Of a stretch of 48,112 nucleotides of DNA, positions 18,777-28,936 are shown piece by piece. Below the pieces are notes generated by a model. That model saw only the letters and a list, made by a program, of their open reading frames with translations. It did not search any database and had not been told where the DNA came from. Made by a program: the position numbers and the translations under genes. Source of the stretch: Gammaproteobacteria bacterium (GTDB lineage: Bacteria; Pseudomonadota; Gammaproteobacteria; Pseudomonadales; Azotimanducaceae); the NCBI GenBank assembly GCA_003230835.1, contig QIGT01000076.1, positions 1 through 48,112 of the forward strand, given 5' to 3'. Each line of letters begins with the position of its first letter. Within the stretch, counting starts at the first letter, position 1.

Positions 18777-21253
18777 ATGAGGGTCTCAATTCTTCCGCTG
18801 GTTGCGTTCAACCTGAGACGTTGGCCGGTCTTAATTTCTTGAGTACAACCCTTAACGTCAACTATGCAAGGTACATGTAGTTCTCTTGCAACGGTACCCG
18901 CGTGAGATAGAAAGCTACCTGTCTCGACGATAATGCCTGATGCACGGATGAACAAAGGAGTCCACCCTGGATCGGTATACGGTGCGACCAGAATTTCTCC
19001 TGGCTGCAGGTGTTTGGCTTGTTGCGGAGAGAAAATAACTCTAGCTTTGCCTTCACAGTAGCCTGGGCTTGCGCACTGTCCATGTAACACATTCTCGGGT
19101 AAGTCGTTGTTGGTGTATGTTGAAGCCTCTATGTTGATGCACTCAACCAACTCGCCACGCGCTCTTCGATGCCATTGGCGGCGACGTAATCTTATGGCTG
19201 TTTGGGCTTCTTCAGAGGTCTTGGTGTTGTCAGTAAGGGCTTCGATATCGCTGATGGTGAGAAAAAATATGTCTCCATTTTGAGTGAGCTTTGCGTTTTC
19301 GATCAACTGGCGTTCTTTATCCAACAATTTTTGTCGAATAGCGGCAAATGCCATGATGTGATAATGCCGAGTATTTTCGCGCAGCGCAGTAAAGTGCGCG
19401 ATCTTGTTACAAAGATGCTCGACGAATTTTCGTTGCCATGGTTTTAGATAGGCGTGTAACTCATCTCGTGCGGCCAAATAGCTGCCATGGGTTTTATTAA
19501 TGGTGTCGGCTTGGACCGGGGTCGCGCGTAACAGCTCTAAGAGTGCTTTTGGGGTTTCGCGCCAGCGCGGTGCTGCAACTTCCATCTCTCGTGGGCCTCT
19601 ATGGCCGAAACTGCTTATGAATTTGTCAAAAGCGATGGTGAATGGGTGGCCGTGGGGAAGGGTGGTGGCTTGTCCTGATAATACATTTTTGATTTGCTCA
19701 GCCTCATTGCTGTCGCTGTCGAGAGCTTCTTCGAGGTCTTGACTCAAGTGTCGAAGTTCTTCTAACAATTGTAGCGATTGCATGTCGCGGCGGCCGTGAT
19801 AGGTCTTGCTTAATTGCTTAATGGGGTATTGTGGCGCGAAGCGGGTGACACAGGCGTTGAGTATGCCAATGTACAGAAAGTAGCGTCCCGCAGAAATGTT
19901 AAGCACGAACGCTTTGTTGCTCATGGGTTCGAAAAAACCGCGCCCCCATACCAGCCGATGCATGGTTTGCGCGATGCCTAATTTGCGTTGCTGAATAATT
20001 TTGTCAACAACACGGCGATAGCCCTGTAGTGACTCTGGTGTGCTGCGAGCGGCACGTATCCAGTTTGCGCCGTCCATAAGGAATGCTAAGGCGAAGAAGC
20101 TTGCAGATTTAAGTAGTTTTGCAATGGATAATTTCAATCGCTTGGGGCTGTGTCGTAGCAACATAAGGTCTGCAATCTCTGTATCGCTGATGACGAAAGG
20201 TGAGAGTGTCGAGATAATGTCTGCATCGAGGTAGAAACGGCCGTTGTAGAACGCGCCAATACTGGGAAGTAGGTGGCTAAGCAAGTCCTGGGTCAGCGGT
20301 GTTAAGGGTTCTGTAAAGTTTTCCGCTAGTGGTTTAAACAGTACTAACTTCTTGTCAATGTTGTGGCACTTAGCTTGGCTGGTAATAGGTCTGGACTGAA
20401 GCAGGTAGAGTTGCTCGTCAACGTATGACCATTCTATATCTTGGGGTTGTTCAAATAGGGCTTCGAGTTGCTGGGAGATATTCGCGATCCGTTCGACTTC
20501 CAACGTGCTCAGTACGGCTTGGTGACGTCGTGCGATTGAGACTTCTTGCAGTCGATTGCCGTCCAAATTGCTTGGTGATGGAGAGACCTGATACTGCTTG
20601 TCACTGATGTTATAGGAGATCAGTTCACCCGCCTCACTAACCCGTGCGTGGTCAGGTGATACGCGTCCATCCACAAGGGCGGCCCCGAGCCCCCAAGTAG
20701 CTTCGATGACACATTCATTGACGCCGGTTATAGGGTCTTGACTGAAGGCTACACCAGACCGCGTAGCTGGCAGCATCTGCTGAACGATGATGGCCATGCG
20801 CACGGGTTCGCCAGAGGCGATTTCTGCCCAACCTGCCCTGCGATAGGCCAATGCTGCCTGAGACCACAGCGACATCCAACAATCGACTATGGCTTGGTCG
20901 ATGCGTTGTGGGGCGACAAAGTAGTAAGTTGAATGCTGTCCGGCAAAACTGGCCAGGTTTGAATCTTCTTGGGTAGAAGAGCTACGTATGGCCAATTCCT
21001 TAACATCGCCTAGATGAGTGATGAGTGCGGCAACGATCTGCGCCATGAATTCGGCTTGTAGTCGCGGTACGACAGGCCTTACCAGTGGATCTGTAACCAA
21101 ACCAAAGTGGCTGGTGAAGGCTTCTACATCAATGACGAAGCCCTTGGGAACGTTAAAGCCAGCACGCATCAGCGCGCCCAAGTGGGCTGCTTTCCCACCG
21201 ACTCTATCTATGTCAGCGAGGGTTAATTCTGCAAGTGGTTGGATCCAGGGCAC
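18773..21253 (-). CDS. PEP-utilising enzyme (PPDK_N ATP-grasp + central domain + C-terminal swivel phosphohistidine domain), RPH/PigC-like architecture
   Basis: VGGKAAHL, AIRSS..ED...SFAGQ, WGLG..LVDG, QDIEW, LLQSRPIT, FGHRGPREME, TDPGWTPLF and SHAGTVARE. Confidence 0.88.
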   Translation of the reverse strand: MPWIQPLAELTLADIDRVGGKAAHLGALMRAGFNVPKGFVIDVEAFTSHFGLVTDPLVRPVVPRLQAEFMAQIVAALITHLGDVKELAIRSSSTQEDSNLASFAGQHSTYYFVAPQRIDQAIVDCWMSLWSQAALAYRRAGWAEIASGEPVRMAIIVQQMLPATRSGVAFSQDPITGVNECVIEATWGLGAALVDGRVSPDHARVSEAGELISYNISDKQYQVSPSPSNLDGNRLQEVSIARRHQAVLSTLEVERIANISQQLEALFEQPQDIEWSYVDEQLYLLQSRPITSQAKCHNIDKKLVLFKPLAENFTEPLTPLTQDLLSHLLPSIGAFYNGRFYLDADIISTLSPFVISDTEIADLMLLRHSPKRLKLSIAKLLKSASFFALAFLMDGANWIRAARSTPESLQGYRRVVDKIIQQRKLGIAQTMHRLVWGRGFFEPMSNKAFVLNISAGRYFLYIGILNACVTRFAPQYPIKQLSKTYHGRRDMQSLQLLEELRHLSQDLEEALDSDSNEAEQIKNVLSGQATTLPHGHPFTIAFDKFISSFGHRGPREMEVAAPRWRETPKALLELLRATPVQADTINKTHGSYLAARDELHAYLKPWQRKFVEHLCNKIAHFTALRENTRHYHIMAFAAIRQKLLDKERQLIENAKLTQNGDIFFLTISDIEALTDNTKTSEEAQTAIRLRRRQWHRRARGELVECINIEASTYTNNDLPENVLHGQCASPGYCEGKARVIFSPQQAKHLQPGEILVAPYTDPGWTPLFIRASGIIVETGSFLSHAGTVARELHVPCIVDVKGCTQEIKTGQRLRLNATSGRIETLI

Positions 21254-21286
21254 TGTTAGGACACTTTGTGATGACTATAAGAGTAG

Positions 21287-24200
21287 CTAACCTGCTGATG
21301 TGGGGGAAGTGCTCATTTCCTGGCGTGCATCTTTTCGAGACTTAGGCTTATAGCGCTGCCATAGATGTTTGATTTGATGAGGTAGGGCGAGCATTGCTGG
21401 GGTAGTTACCAAGGTTAGCAGGGTTGAGAATGTGAGCCCCGAAACAATGGCTTGCGACAAAGGTACCCAAAACGAAGACAGTTGGCCGCCGTAGTTTACC
21501 GTGCGGTTAAGTAGGTCGATGCTTAAATTACTCGCGAGGGGCATCAACCCAAAAACGGTTGTAATGGTGGTGAGCATGACTGGGCGTAGGCGCTGCGCAC
21601 CGGTGCGCACTATGAGTTGGATGTAGTCGAGGTTTGGATGTTCACGCCTTATATGGTTGTAAGTATCAATTAACACGATGTTGTTATTCACCACGATACC
21701 TGCCAAGGCGACAATGCCAACCCCGGTTAGAATCGCGCTAAAGGGGTTGTTGGTAATCAGTAAGCCCAAGAACACGCCAGCTGTAGACAGCACCACTGCA
21801 AATAGAATCAAGAAGCTTTGGTAGAAGCTGTTAAATTGTGTAACGAGCAATACAAACATCAGCAACAGCGATATGCCGAATGCGCCTAGAACGAAATTAA
21901 AAGTTTCGGCTTGTTCTTCATTTGCGCCACGGAAAACAATGGTTAGGTCTGGATGCCAAGTTTGTTGCTCGATCCATTTTTGCAATTCTTGGACTTTGTC
22001 GTCGGCGAGAATATCTGGCGCAACATTGGCACGAACCTGTTCGACTGGGATGCCGTCGATTCTCTGTATGGTGTCAACATTGGCTGTTGGCTCCCTTGTG
22101 ACAAAATTAGAGATAGGGATCAAGCCTTTGGGGGTCGCGATGCGTAGCTCGTCTAAGGCACTTATGCCGCGTGAGTCAGTGGGATATCGAACCCGGATGT
22201 CTACGCCATCGTCCGATCTGTCCGGGCGGTATTCGCCTACTTTCACGCCATTGGTGATGAGCTGTACCGCGATTCCGACCTGACTTACATCGGCGCCGTA
22301 AATGGCCGCTTGAGCTTTGTCCACCGACAGCTTCCATTCCACACCAGGCAGTGATCGTGTGTCATCGATGTCTCTTATACCTTCCATCCCATACTTCATG
22401 TGCTCAACCACGCGGGTGACGGCAGGTTCGAGCAAAGCTTTGTTGTGGGATGAAAACTGTAGTAACAGGGCCTTGCCGGTAGGTGGACCGTTCTGCATTT
22501 TTTCGACTTCGACAGTAACGCCTGCAAAGTTGCTGGTTTTCTGGCGAATTTCTTCGAGAATTTCCGTGCCTGACTTTGTTAGCAGGTTTTCATCATGTAG
22601 CTCCAGAAACATCTGACCAATTCGGTCCATAGAGCCAGAACGTGATGGTCTTCCTGTCAGTAAGGTAGTTGTGTTGAGGCTGCTAATGCCGCCTACTTCT
22701 AATACTTCATCTTCTACTTCCTTTACCAGTTTGTTGACTTCTTCAACGCTTAAGTTACCGCGAGCGCGAATACTAATGTTGGCGTATTTAGGCTCTGAGT
22801 CAGAAAAAAAGATCACGCCTTTACCGTACTGGCCATAGGCCCAAAAGGTGGAAATCAAAACCGTTAAAGCCAGTGCTAAGGTCACCACTGCGTAGCGGCT
22901 TGCGACAGATAGCAGCCTTGCATACCAACCCGTGAGAGATTTCAAAGTGGTAGGGTCGCCTTCTTCAAGCTGCTTCAGTGTTGCTTGGGCTTTTTTATCG
23001 CGAGTACCCGCCTTGCCAAACAAAGACCCTAACACCGGACCAAATACCAAGGCGTAAAGTAGTGATCCGCTCAGAACAGTGAATACAGTTACGGGTAAGT
23101 AGCGCATGAACTTCCCAGATATACCGGGCCAGAACATTAAGGGCAAAAATGCCGCTAGAGTGGTTGCCGTAGATGCCACCACCGGCCAAAACATGCGCCT
23201 TGCGGCTAAGGTATAGGCGGGCCGGGCAGAGTAACCCTCAGTCATTTTCCGGTCAGCATACTCGGTCACCACTATGGCGCCGTCTATGAGCATGCCGAGG
23301 CCTAACAACATGCCGAACATGACCATAAAGTTAAAGGTGTAGCCGAGCAGATAGATAAAAATCAGTGCGAATAGAAAAGACACCGGAATACTCAAACCAA
23401 CAATAACCCCACTCCGGAATCCCATTGCTGCCACTACAACGATCATAACCAGACCAAGGGCAGTGAAAATATTGCCTTGTAGCTCGGTAACCTGGCCTTG
23501 TGCAAAGGGTGCTTGGTCTGTGGTGTAGAATACATCGACACGGCCTGGCAAACGAGGCCGATACTCATCCACTTTTACCTTGGTTGCGGCGATGGTGCTG
23601 AGAATGTTGGCGTCGGCACGTTTGATGATTTGCAGAGAAATCGTAGGGCGTCCATTTACCCGCGCATAGCTTGTTCTGTCTTTGAATGTTCTACGAACCG
23701 TGGCGACATCACCCAACGTCACCACAGTGTCACCGTCGGTGCGAACCGGAAGCTGAAATACGTCGGACGCTTGCTCTATGATGCTGGGAATTTTTACTGC
23801 AAAGCGGCCTTCGCCTGTATCTAAGCTTCCCGCTGGAATGAGGCGATTGTTGCGTACGATGGTGTTGATCAACTGTTCAGAGGAAATCTCGTATGCTTCG
23901 AGCTCATTGGGGTCGATGATGGCTTCTAGAAGTTCTTCTCGATGGCCGAACATATCTGCGCCTAGGACATCGGGAATCGTTTCAATTGTTTCACGCAGAT
24001 CCAGTGCAATGTTATAGAGCATGCGCTCAGGAACATCGCCAACGATATTGATCTGCAAAATTGGAAAATCTTCGACACTGGCTTCTTGAACAATGGGTTC
24101 TTCCGCAGTGGACGGGAATTCGGTCTTAGCTCGATCCACCGCTTCTCGCGTATCGATGAGTGCCTTATTTAGATCGTAGTCGGCGTCGAATTCCACCATC

Positions 24201-24475
24201 AAGGTGGCCGCACCTTCCGAAGCGAAGGAGGTCATTTCCTCGATGCCTTCAACGTTACGCATCTCTATTTCTAAAGGCAGTACCAGTAATCGTTCGGCAT
24301 CCTCCGGAGCAATACCTTCATGTACCACGGTAATGATAAAGAATGGGACGTCAATGTCGGGCTCGTTTGCTACGGGTATTACCGAGCGGGCGATGAGTCC
24401 GGCTAGAACAACCATGAACATAATGAGCATGGTAGTACGAGAACGCGCAATGGCGGCATCGATGAAGGCGTACAT
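21287..24475 (-). CDS. RND efflux transporter permease (AcrB/D/F family)
   Basis: 1062 aa with two large periplasmic loops. GMLIDGAIVV, GIVVNNNIVLID and RLRPVMLTT. Confidence 0.95.
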   Translation of the reverse strand: MYAFIDAAIARSRTTMLIMFMVVLAGLIARSVIPVANEPDIDVPFFIITVVHEGIAPEDAERLLVLPLEIEMRNVEGIEEMTSFASEGAATLMVEFDADYDLNKALIDTREAVDRAKTEFPSTAEEPIVQEASVEDFPILQINIVGDVPERMLYNIALDLRETIETIPDVLGADMFGHREELLEAIIDPNELEAYEISSEQLINTIVRNNRLIPAGSLDTGEGRFAVKIPSIIEQASDVFQLPVRTDGDTVVTLGDVATVRRTFKDRTSYARVNGRPTISLQIIKRADANILSTIAATKVKVDEYRPRLPGRVDVFYTTDQAPFAQGQVTELQGNIFTALGLVMIVVVAAMGFRSGVIVGLSIPVSFLFALIFIYLLGYTFNFMVMFGMLLGLGMLIDGAIVVTEYADRKMTEGYSARPAYTLAARRMFWPVVASTATTLAAFLPLMFWPGISGKFMRYLPVTVFTVLSGSLLYALVFGPVLGSLFGKAGTRDKKAQATLKQLEEGDPTTLKSLTGWYARLLSVASRYAVVTLALALTVLISTFWAYGQYGKGVIFFSDSEPKYANISIRARGNLSVEEVNKLVKEVEDEVLEVGGISSLNTTTLLTGRPSRSGSMDRIGQMFLELHDENLLTKSGTEILEEIRQKTSNFAGVTVEVEKMQNGPPTGKALLLQFSSHNKALLEPAVTRVVEHMKYGMEGIRDIDDTRSLPGVEWKLSVDKAQAAIYGADVSQVGIAVQLITNGVKVGEYRPDRSDDGVDIRVRYPTDSRGISALDELRIATPKGLIPISNFVTREPTANVDTIQRIDGIPVEQVRANVAPDILADDKVQELQKWIEQQTWHPDLTIVFRGANEEQAETFNFVLGAFGISLLLMFVLLVTQFNSFYQSFLILFAVVLSTAGVFLGLLITNNPFSAILTGVGIVALAGIVVNNNIVLIDTYNHIRREHPNLDYIQLIVRTGAQRLRPVMLTTITTVFGLMPLASNLSIDLLNRTVNYGGQLSSFWVPLSQAIVSGLTFSTLLTLVTTPAMLALPHQIKHLWQRYKPKSRKDARQEMSTSPTSAG

Positions 24476-24486
24476 TCTGTTTTAGC

Positions 24487-25737
24487 CTATGGTATTGAGC
24501 TGCCAGGCGGTATAGCGGCTACTTTGGATACACTTGAGGAGGACATTTGCGCGCTGGCATCGAGGGTCTGGGTTGCTGGACCTGATTTCGGTAGAGCAGG
24601 TTTGGCAATCTTGTTTTCAAACACAGGATCTACGCGTTCACCAGCAGTGACTAACTCTTGTCCCACTACGATAATTCTGGCCAGGTTGGGCAAGCCTGAC
24701 ACCCATACGCCTTCTTCTGCGTCGGCGAGAATCTCAATGTTGTGGAACTCAACGACATTGTTGGCATCAATAGTACGTACGCCAATAGCGCCTTCGTCAT
24801 CTAAGGCAAATAATGCAGGACTGACTCTTTGTGCCATGACATTCTCCACCGGAATGTCTATTTCGGTGGTGATGCCAGAACGCAACGTGTAGTTGGGGTT
24901 GGGTAGTTGTATTTCGATTGGATAAGTACGTGTTGCTGGATCGCTGGTTTGTCCGATAAAGGTCAATGGACCTGAAACCGTGCTGCCGTTACTGAGCATG
25001 CCGGAAGCCGTTTGGGTAAGAGAAAGAGCGACCACATCGCGTTCAGAAACCCGGCCTACCAGTAACATCGGGTCCATATCGACAATGGTTGCGCAATTGC
25101 TTCCTGCAGTCACGTAGGCGCCTATTTCTTGATGTACGTCTTCCACGAGCCCAGTAAAGGGTGCACGAACTTGGAGTTTTTGTAGATCAAGTTGCCGACG
25201 AGCGAGGTTCGCATGAGCAGTGGCCAATCTTGCTTTGGCTCCGGCAATGGCTGTTTGTGAGTTAAAGCCTTTTTGTTTCAGACGTAATGCGCCTTGATAT
25301 TCGATCCGGGACTGATTAACTGAGGCTTGTGCTTCAACCAATGAAACCTGCCGATCTTCCACGGAAATTTCACAGAGAATATCATTCTTAACTACCTGCA
25401 TACCGCGTTCAACGGGGCGATTTACAATTTTCCCTGAGAGTTCTGTTTTGACCGCCACTGTACGTTTATGGATTGTTTTACCACGCACTTTGATGATGCG
25501 TTGACGTTCTGCAGCTTCGCTAACGACCACGCGAACACGAGTAGGTGCTGCGTCTTCCTGTACTCTGGCTTGCTCTCGGTTTTGATCGGCCAGGGAGGCC
25601 ATGCCGTTGGTATCATCCGAATTACCCTGGCCAGACCATAGCCACAATGCCAAAACTAGGGCGATAACAATCGAGGTAATATAGGTTGTTCGCATACGAA
25701 TTCCGAAAATTTTAACAAGATTGCCCGAGTTGGCCAT
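24487..25737 (-). CDS. RND efflux periplasmic adaptor (MFP)
   Basis: N-terminal TM, lipoyl/hairpin region, VRAPFTG, DPATRTY and IIVVGQ. Confidence 0.92.
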   Translation of the reverse strand: MANSGNLVKIFGIRMRTTYITSIVIALVLALWLWSGQGNSDDTNGMASLADQNREQARVQEDAAPTRVRVVVSEAAERQRIIKVRGKTIHKRTVAVKTELSGKIVNRPVERGMQVVKNDILCEISVEDRQVSLVEAQASVNQSRIEYQGALRLKQKGFNSQTAIAGAKARLATAHANLARRQLDLQKLQVRAPFTGLVEDVHQEIGAYVTAGSNCATIVDMDPMLLVGRVSERDVVALSLTQTASGMLSNGSTVSGPLTFIGQTSDPATRTYPIEIQLPNPNYTLRSGITTEIDIPVENVMAQRVSPALFALDDEGAIGVRTIDANNVVEFHNIEILADAEEGVWVSGLPNLARIIVVGQELVTAGERVDPVFENKIAKPALPKSGPATQTLDASAQMSSSSVSKVAAIPPGSSIP

Positions 25738-25745
25738 CCCGTTCG

Positions 25746-25789
25746 GCAGTTTGCTACTAGGCAGTTTGCTGTTAGCAGTTTGCTACTAA
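25746..25789. repeat. Three tandem 14-15 bp repeats with core GCAGTTTGCT
   Basis: GCAGTTTGCTACTAG / GCAGTTTGCTGTTA / GCAGTTTGCTACTAA, immediately upstream of the MFP start. Confidence 0.85.
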
Positions 25790-25949
25790 AGGTAACACAA
25801 AACTGATATTAAGCAATCCTCAGGATGTCTTGCTCACGCTCGTAAATTGTCTCAAATTCAATCGGAATGGGCGTGCTAGGAGTTCACATATGGACTCAAA
25901 GAGCCCCTATGTGAGGTTGTGCGTATTTTGCCTTTGGCTGAGTAGCCCG

Positions 25950-26564
25950 TTAGGCGGCAGCACTTGGCCGAGACTGAACGCGGTCAAACCAAGGTTTGAT
26001 GTTACTCAAAGATTCGTCGAAGGGCTGGCCTACTTGATTGCCAAAATTCAACATACAAAACAACAATACGTCGGCCAAAGTGATTTTATCTCCAGCAACA
26101 AATTGACGCCCATCGTCCATTTGCCCGTTCAACCAGCTCAACTTATCGCGGGCGATACTTTTAAGACCCTCGGCTGCTTCTGGGATTGTGATCATGCGCT
26201 CTTTGAATAAAGGCAATCCTTCGCTGTATCGAAAACCGTTAGCCAGCGGTTCACAAATGTTTAAATCTACTCGCCGAGTCCACATGCGTGTTTTGGCGCG
26301 CTCTTCAGCAGTTTCACCTATCAGCGAATTGCCGCTACCCACTTCGTCTAAGTACTCGCAAATAGCTGTGATTTCGGCGACTAGACTACCATCGTCTAGC
26401 TCAAGACAGGGCAACTGGCCTGCGGGGTTCAATTTAAGGTAATCATCCTGGCGATTGATCCCGCTCATGATGTCGATGTCTTCTTGAGGAATGTCTAAGC
26501 CTTTTTCGGCAGCAAACATTCGCACAACGTGGGGATTCGGACCTACCGAGTTGTATAGTTTCAT
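25950..26564 (-). CDS. Glutathione S-transferase family protein (GTT2-like)
   Basis: GPNP, LNPAGQLPCL, EITAICEYLDE and GDKITLAD. AGGAG RBS. Confidence 0.92.
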   Translation of the reverse strand: MKLYNSVGPNPHVVRMFAAEKGLDIPQEDIDIMSGINRQDDYLKLNPAGQLPCLELDDGSLVAEITAICEYLDEVGSGNSLIGETAEERAKTRMWTRRVDLNICEPLANGFRYSEGLPLFKERMITIPEAAEGLKSIARDKLSWLNGQMDDGRQFVAGDKITLADVLLFCMLNFGNQVGQPFDESLSNIKPWFDRVQSRPSAAA

Positions 26565-26685
26565 ACGTGTGCTCCTGTGTCTTAGCCAGCTGAATTTCAG
26601 CCATGAGCTAAATTAATATTCAAGTACTGCTAACGAATGTCACGTCAGCATTAGTGAATAGGATAGTGCCTGGGATGCAGGACTA

Positions 26686-27105
26686 TTACCACTCGCCGGT
26701 ATTTTCCATACTTAGCCAGGGTTCTGCAGGTTCAAGTGCGCCACCTGCCTGCAAAAGTTCGACTGAAACACCGTCTGGTGATCGCACAAATGCCATGCGC
26801 CCATCTCGAGGTGGCCGATTGATAGTGACGCCGTTGTCTGCAAGTTTTTGACAGGCTTGGTAGATGTCTTCAACTTGGTAGGCGAGATGGCCAAAGTTTC
26901 GTCCGCCTGCCAGTGGTTCTGGGTCCCAGTTGTAAGTGAGTTCAACCTGCGCTTGGCCATCCCCGGGAGCGGCTAAGAAAATCAGCGAGAAACGACCGGC
27001 TTTACTGTCATAACGGTTTAGTTCTTCTAGACCTAGAGCGTTACAATAGAACTTGAGCGATGCATCAACGTCATTGACGCGAACCATGGTGTGTAGATAT
27101 TTCAT
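26686..27105 (-). CDS. gloA: Lactoylglutathione lyase (glyoxalase I) / VOC family
   Basis: YLHTMVRV, ELTYNWD, FGHLAY and AFVRSPDGVSVEL. Confidence 0.88.
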   Translation of the reverse strand: MKYLHTMVRVNDVDASLKFYCNALGLEELNRYDSKAGRFSLIFLAAPGDGQAQVELTYNWDPEPLAGGRNFGHLAYQVEDIYQACQKLADNGVTINRPPRDGRMAFVRSPDGVSVELLQAGGALEPAEPWLSMENTGEW

Positions 27106-27189
27106 AGAACCTCTTGATGTAGCGTTACCACCTATCTATTTGCGTGACCTTAGATCATGTGATGTCTTGTAGTTGAGTAAAGTGCACGC

Positions 27190-27218
27190 AAAAAAAACCC
27201 TACAATAAATTGCAGGGT
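27190..27218 (-). terminator. Intrinsic terminator on the minus strand with no annotated gene feeding it
   Basis: Minus strand ACCCTGCAAT-TT-ATTGTAGGGT followed by a T-tract. One pair works as G-U only in this orientation. Confidence 0.7.
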
Positions 27219-27224
27219 ATCATC

Positions 27225-27256
27225 TGGCCTTAAAATACTTTGGCCTCAAAATACTC
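27225..27256. repeat. 16-bp tandem duplication
   Basis: TGGCCTTAAAATACTT / TGGCCTCAAAATACTC. Confidence 0.8.
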
Positions 27257-27400
27257 ATCGGAGAGTTGGGGTCGTTTCAAGTTTCTATAATAAGGGGTAA
27301 TTCTGCATATTCCGCTGAGCTAATATGGAGGTAAAATGGAACATCGAACAACAGGTCCTGCCATGTCAGCCCCGCCATGTCATCAAAGAGGGAAGCATAA

Positions 27401-28936
27401 ATGACAAGAAACATTGCCTTAATTGTAGTATCGGTCTGTCTAACCGGGTGCATAGTCAACCCGGTGACGGGAGAACGAGAGCTGGGTTTAATCAGTTCCC
27501 AACAGGAAATTGCCATCGGTCAAGCGCAATATGCACCCGCCCAACAGATGCAAGGTGGGGCATATACGACAGATGCGGCGCTGTCAGCGTACGTATCACG
27601 TATAGGAAACAAGCTGGCGCAATCCAGCGGTGTAGATTTGCCTTACGAGTTTGTAGTACTGAATAATTCGGTGCCCAATGCATGGGCTTTGCCGGGTGGT
27701 AAGATCGCGATTAACCGCGGGCTTCTACAAGCTCTACGCAACGAAGGGGAAGTCGCAGCAGTACTGGGTCATGAAATCGCCCATGCTGCGGCTCGACACG
27801 GCGCCAAGCGCGTCGAGCGGAGTTATGTTACACAGGGTGCGGTATTACTGGCTGCTATCGGCAGTATTGGTAGCGACTATGCGCCCTATGTTGTTGGCGC
27901 CGCACAGTTTGGCGCGACACTCCTCAACCAGAAGTATTCTCGCAATGCCGAGCGTGAGGCAGACTACTACGGTACTGGTTTTATGGCCAAAGCCGGATAT
28001 GACCCTTATGCAGCGATCACCCTACAAGAAACATTTGCACGCTTGGCAGGTGAAGGTAATAGCAGTTGGTTGCAAGGGTTGTTTGCGTCTCATCCTGCTT
28101 CGATGGAACGTGTTGCAAATAACAAAATGTTGGTGAAGCAATTGCGCCGTGAAGGCTTTACGTCCGGTATTTTTGGTCAGGCTGAATTCGAAACGGCGAT
28201 GTCCGAACTCATGTCTGCGCAACCGGCATATGATGCTTTTGATGAAGCCATGTCCTTATATGCCGAAGATGAGCTAGAGGCGGCGGCCGGGGAGATTGCG
28301 AAAGCGATTAGGCTCTATGGTCGTGAATCTCAGTTCCATGGTTTGCGAGGATCTATTCGTAACAAGCAAGCAAGATGGACCGATGCCATTACTAACTTTG
28401 ATCGGGCCATAGATCGGAACAGTGGCTACTTTGCCTTTTATTTGAGTCGGGGTTTGGCTTATGCACAACTCGAGGAGCCGACCAACGCTAAACAGAACTT
28501 AGATCATTCGGTACGTTTGTTGCCTACGGCAACCGCCTACCAAGCCTTGGGTAAGATAGCCGAAGCTCGGGGTGATGTAAGTGCGGCAAAAGTCTATTAC
28601 CAGCAGGCCAGCCAAGGGCAAAACAGTGCGAGTACCGCGGCGCGTTCTAGCCTCGTGCGTTTAGAAGTAGCAGATCAGCCCGCGAAATATATCACTGCCC
28701 GCATTCGATTGAATGAACGTAAAGAGTATGTGGTTGAGGTGACAAATCGTACCGGCGTTGCATTAAAAAACATTGTCGTGCGGGTGGAACTCAAAATGGC
28801 ATCCGTGACCAAGACCAGGAGTGTGCGCATAGCAAAACTCAAAGCAAAATCTTCCTATGTGGGTAAGCTTAAAGTCGATGGAGTAGTTAGTGGGGGCAGG
28901 GCGTATGCGGTATCTGCTCAATTTTTAGGTGGTTGA
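27401..28936 (+). CDS. M48 family metalloprotease lipoprotein with TPR repeats (BepA/YfgC-like)
   Basis: Lipobox LTGC, NAWALPGG, HEIAH, YSRNAEREAD and ASHP, then TPR helices and a basic beta-rich C-terminal domain. Confidence 0.92.
   Translation: MTRNIALIVVSVCLTGCIVNPVTGERELGLISSQQEIAIGQAQYAPAQQMQGGAYTTDAALSAYVSRIGNKLAQSSGVDLPYEFVVLNNSVPNAWALPGGKIAINRGLLQALRNEGEVAAVLGHEIAHAAARHGAKRVERSYVTQGAVLLAAIGSIGSDYAPYVVGAAQFGATLLNQKYSRNAEREADYYGTGFMAKAGYDPYAAITLQETFARLAGEGNSSWLQGLFASHPASMERVANNKMLVKQLRREGFTSGIFGQAEFETAMSELMSAQPAYDAFDEAMSLYAEDELEAAAGEIAKAIRLYGRESQFHGLRGSIRNKQARWTDAITNFDRAIDRNSGYFAFYLSRGLAYAQLEEPTNAKQNLDHSVRLLPTATAYQALGKIAEARGDVSAAKVYYQQASQGQNSASTAARSSLVRLEVADQPAKYITARIRLNERKEYVVEVTNRTGVALKNIVVRVELKMASVTKTRSVRIAKLKAKSSYVGKLKVDGVVSGGRAYAVSAQFLGG

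Noticed and set aside
25746-25789. The GCAGTTTGC repeat equals the SECIS apex at 6247-6255 (SelB decoy, or a CRISPR-like array)
   Set aside because: It is on the non-coding strand of the local genes, with no upstream in-frame UGA ORF. There are no spacers or cas genes. Probably coincidence.
27277-27666. ORFs 27277-27516 (-) and 27325-27666 (+)
   Set aside because: They overlap the M48 gene and have no recognisable motifs. The + ORF does have a GGAGG near an ATG, so a short upstream ORF cannot be fully excluded.
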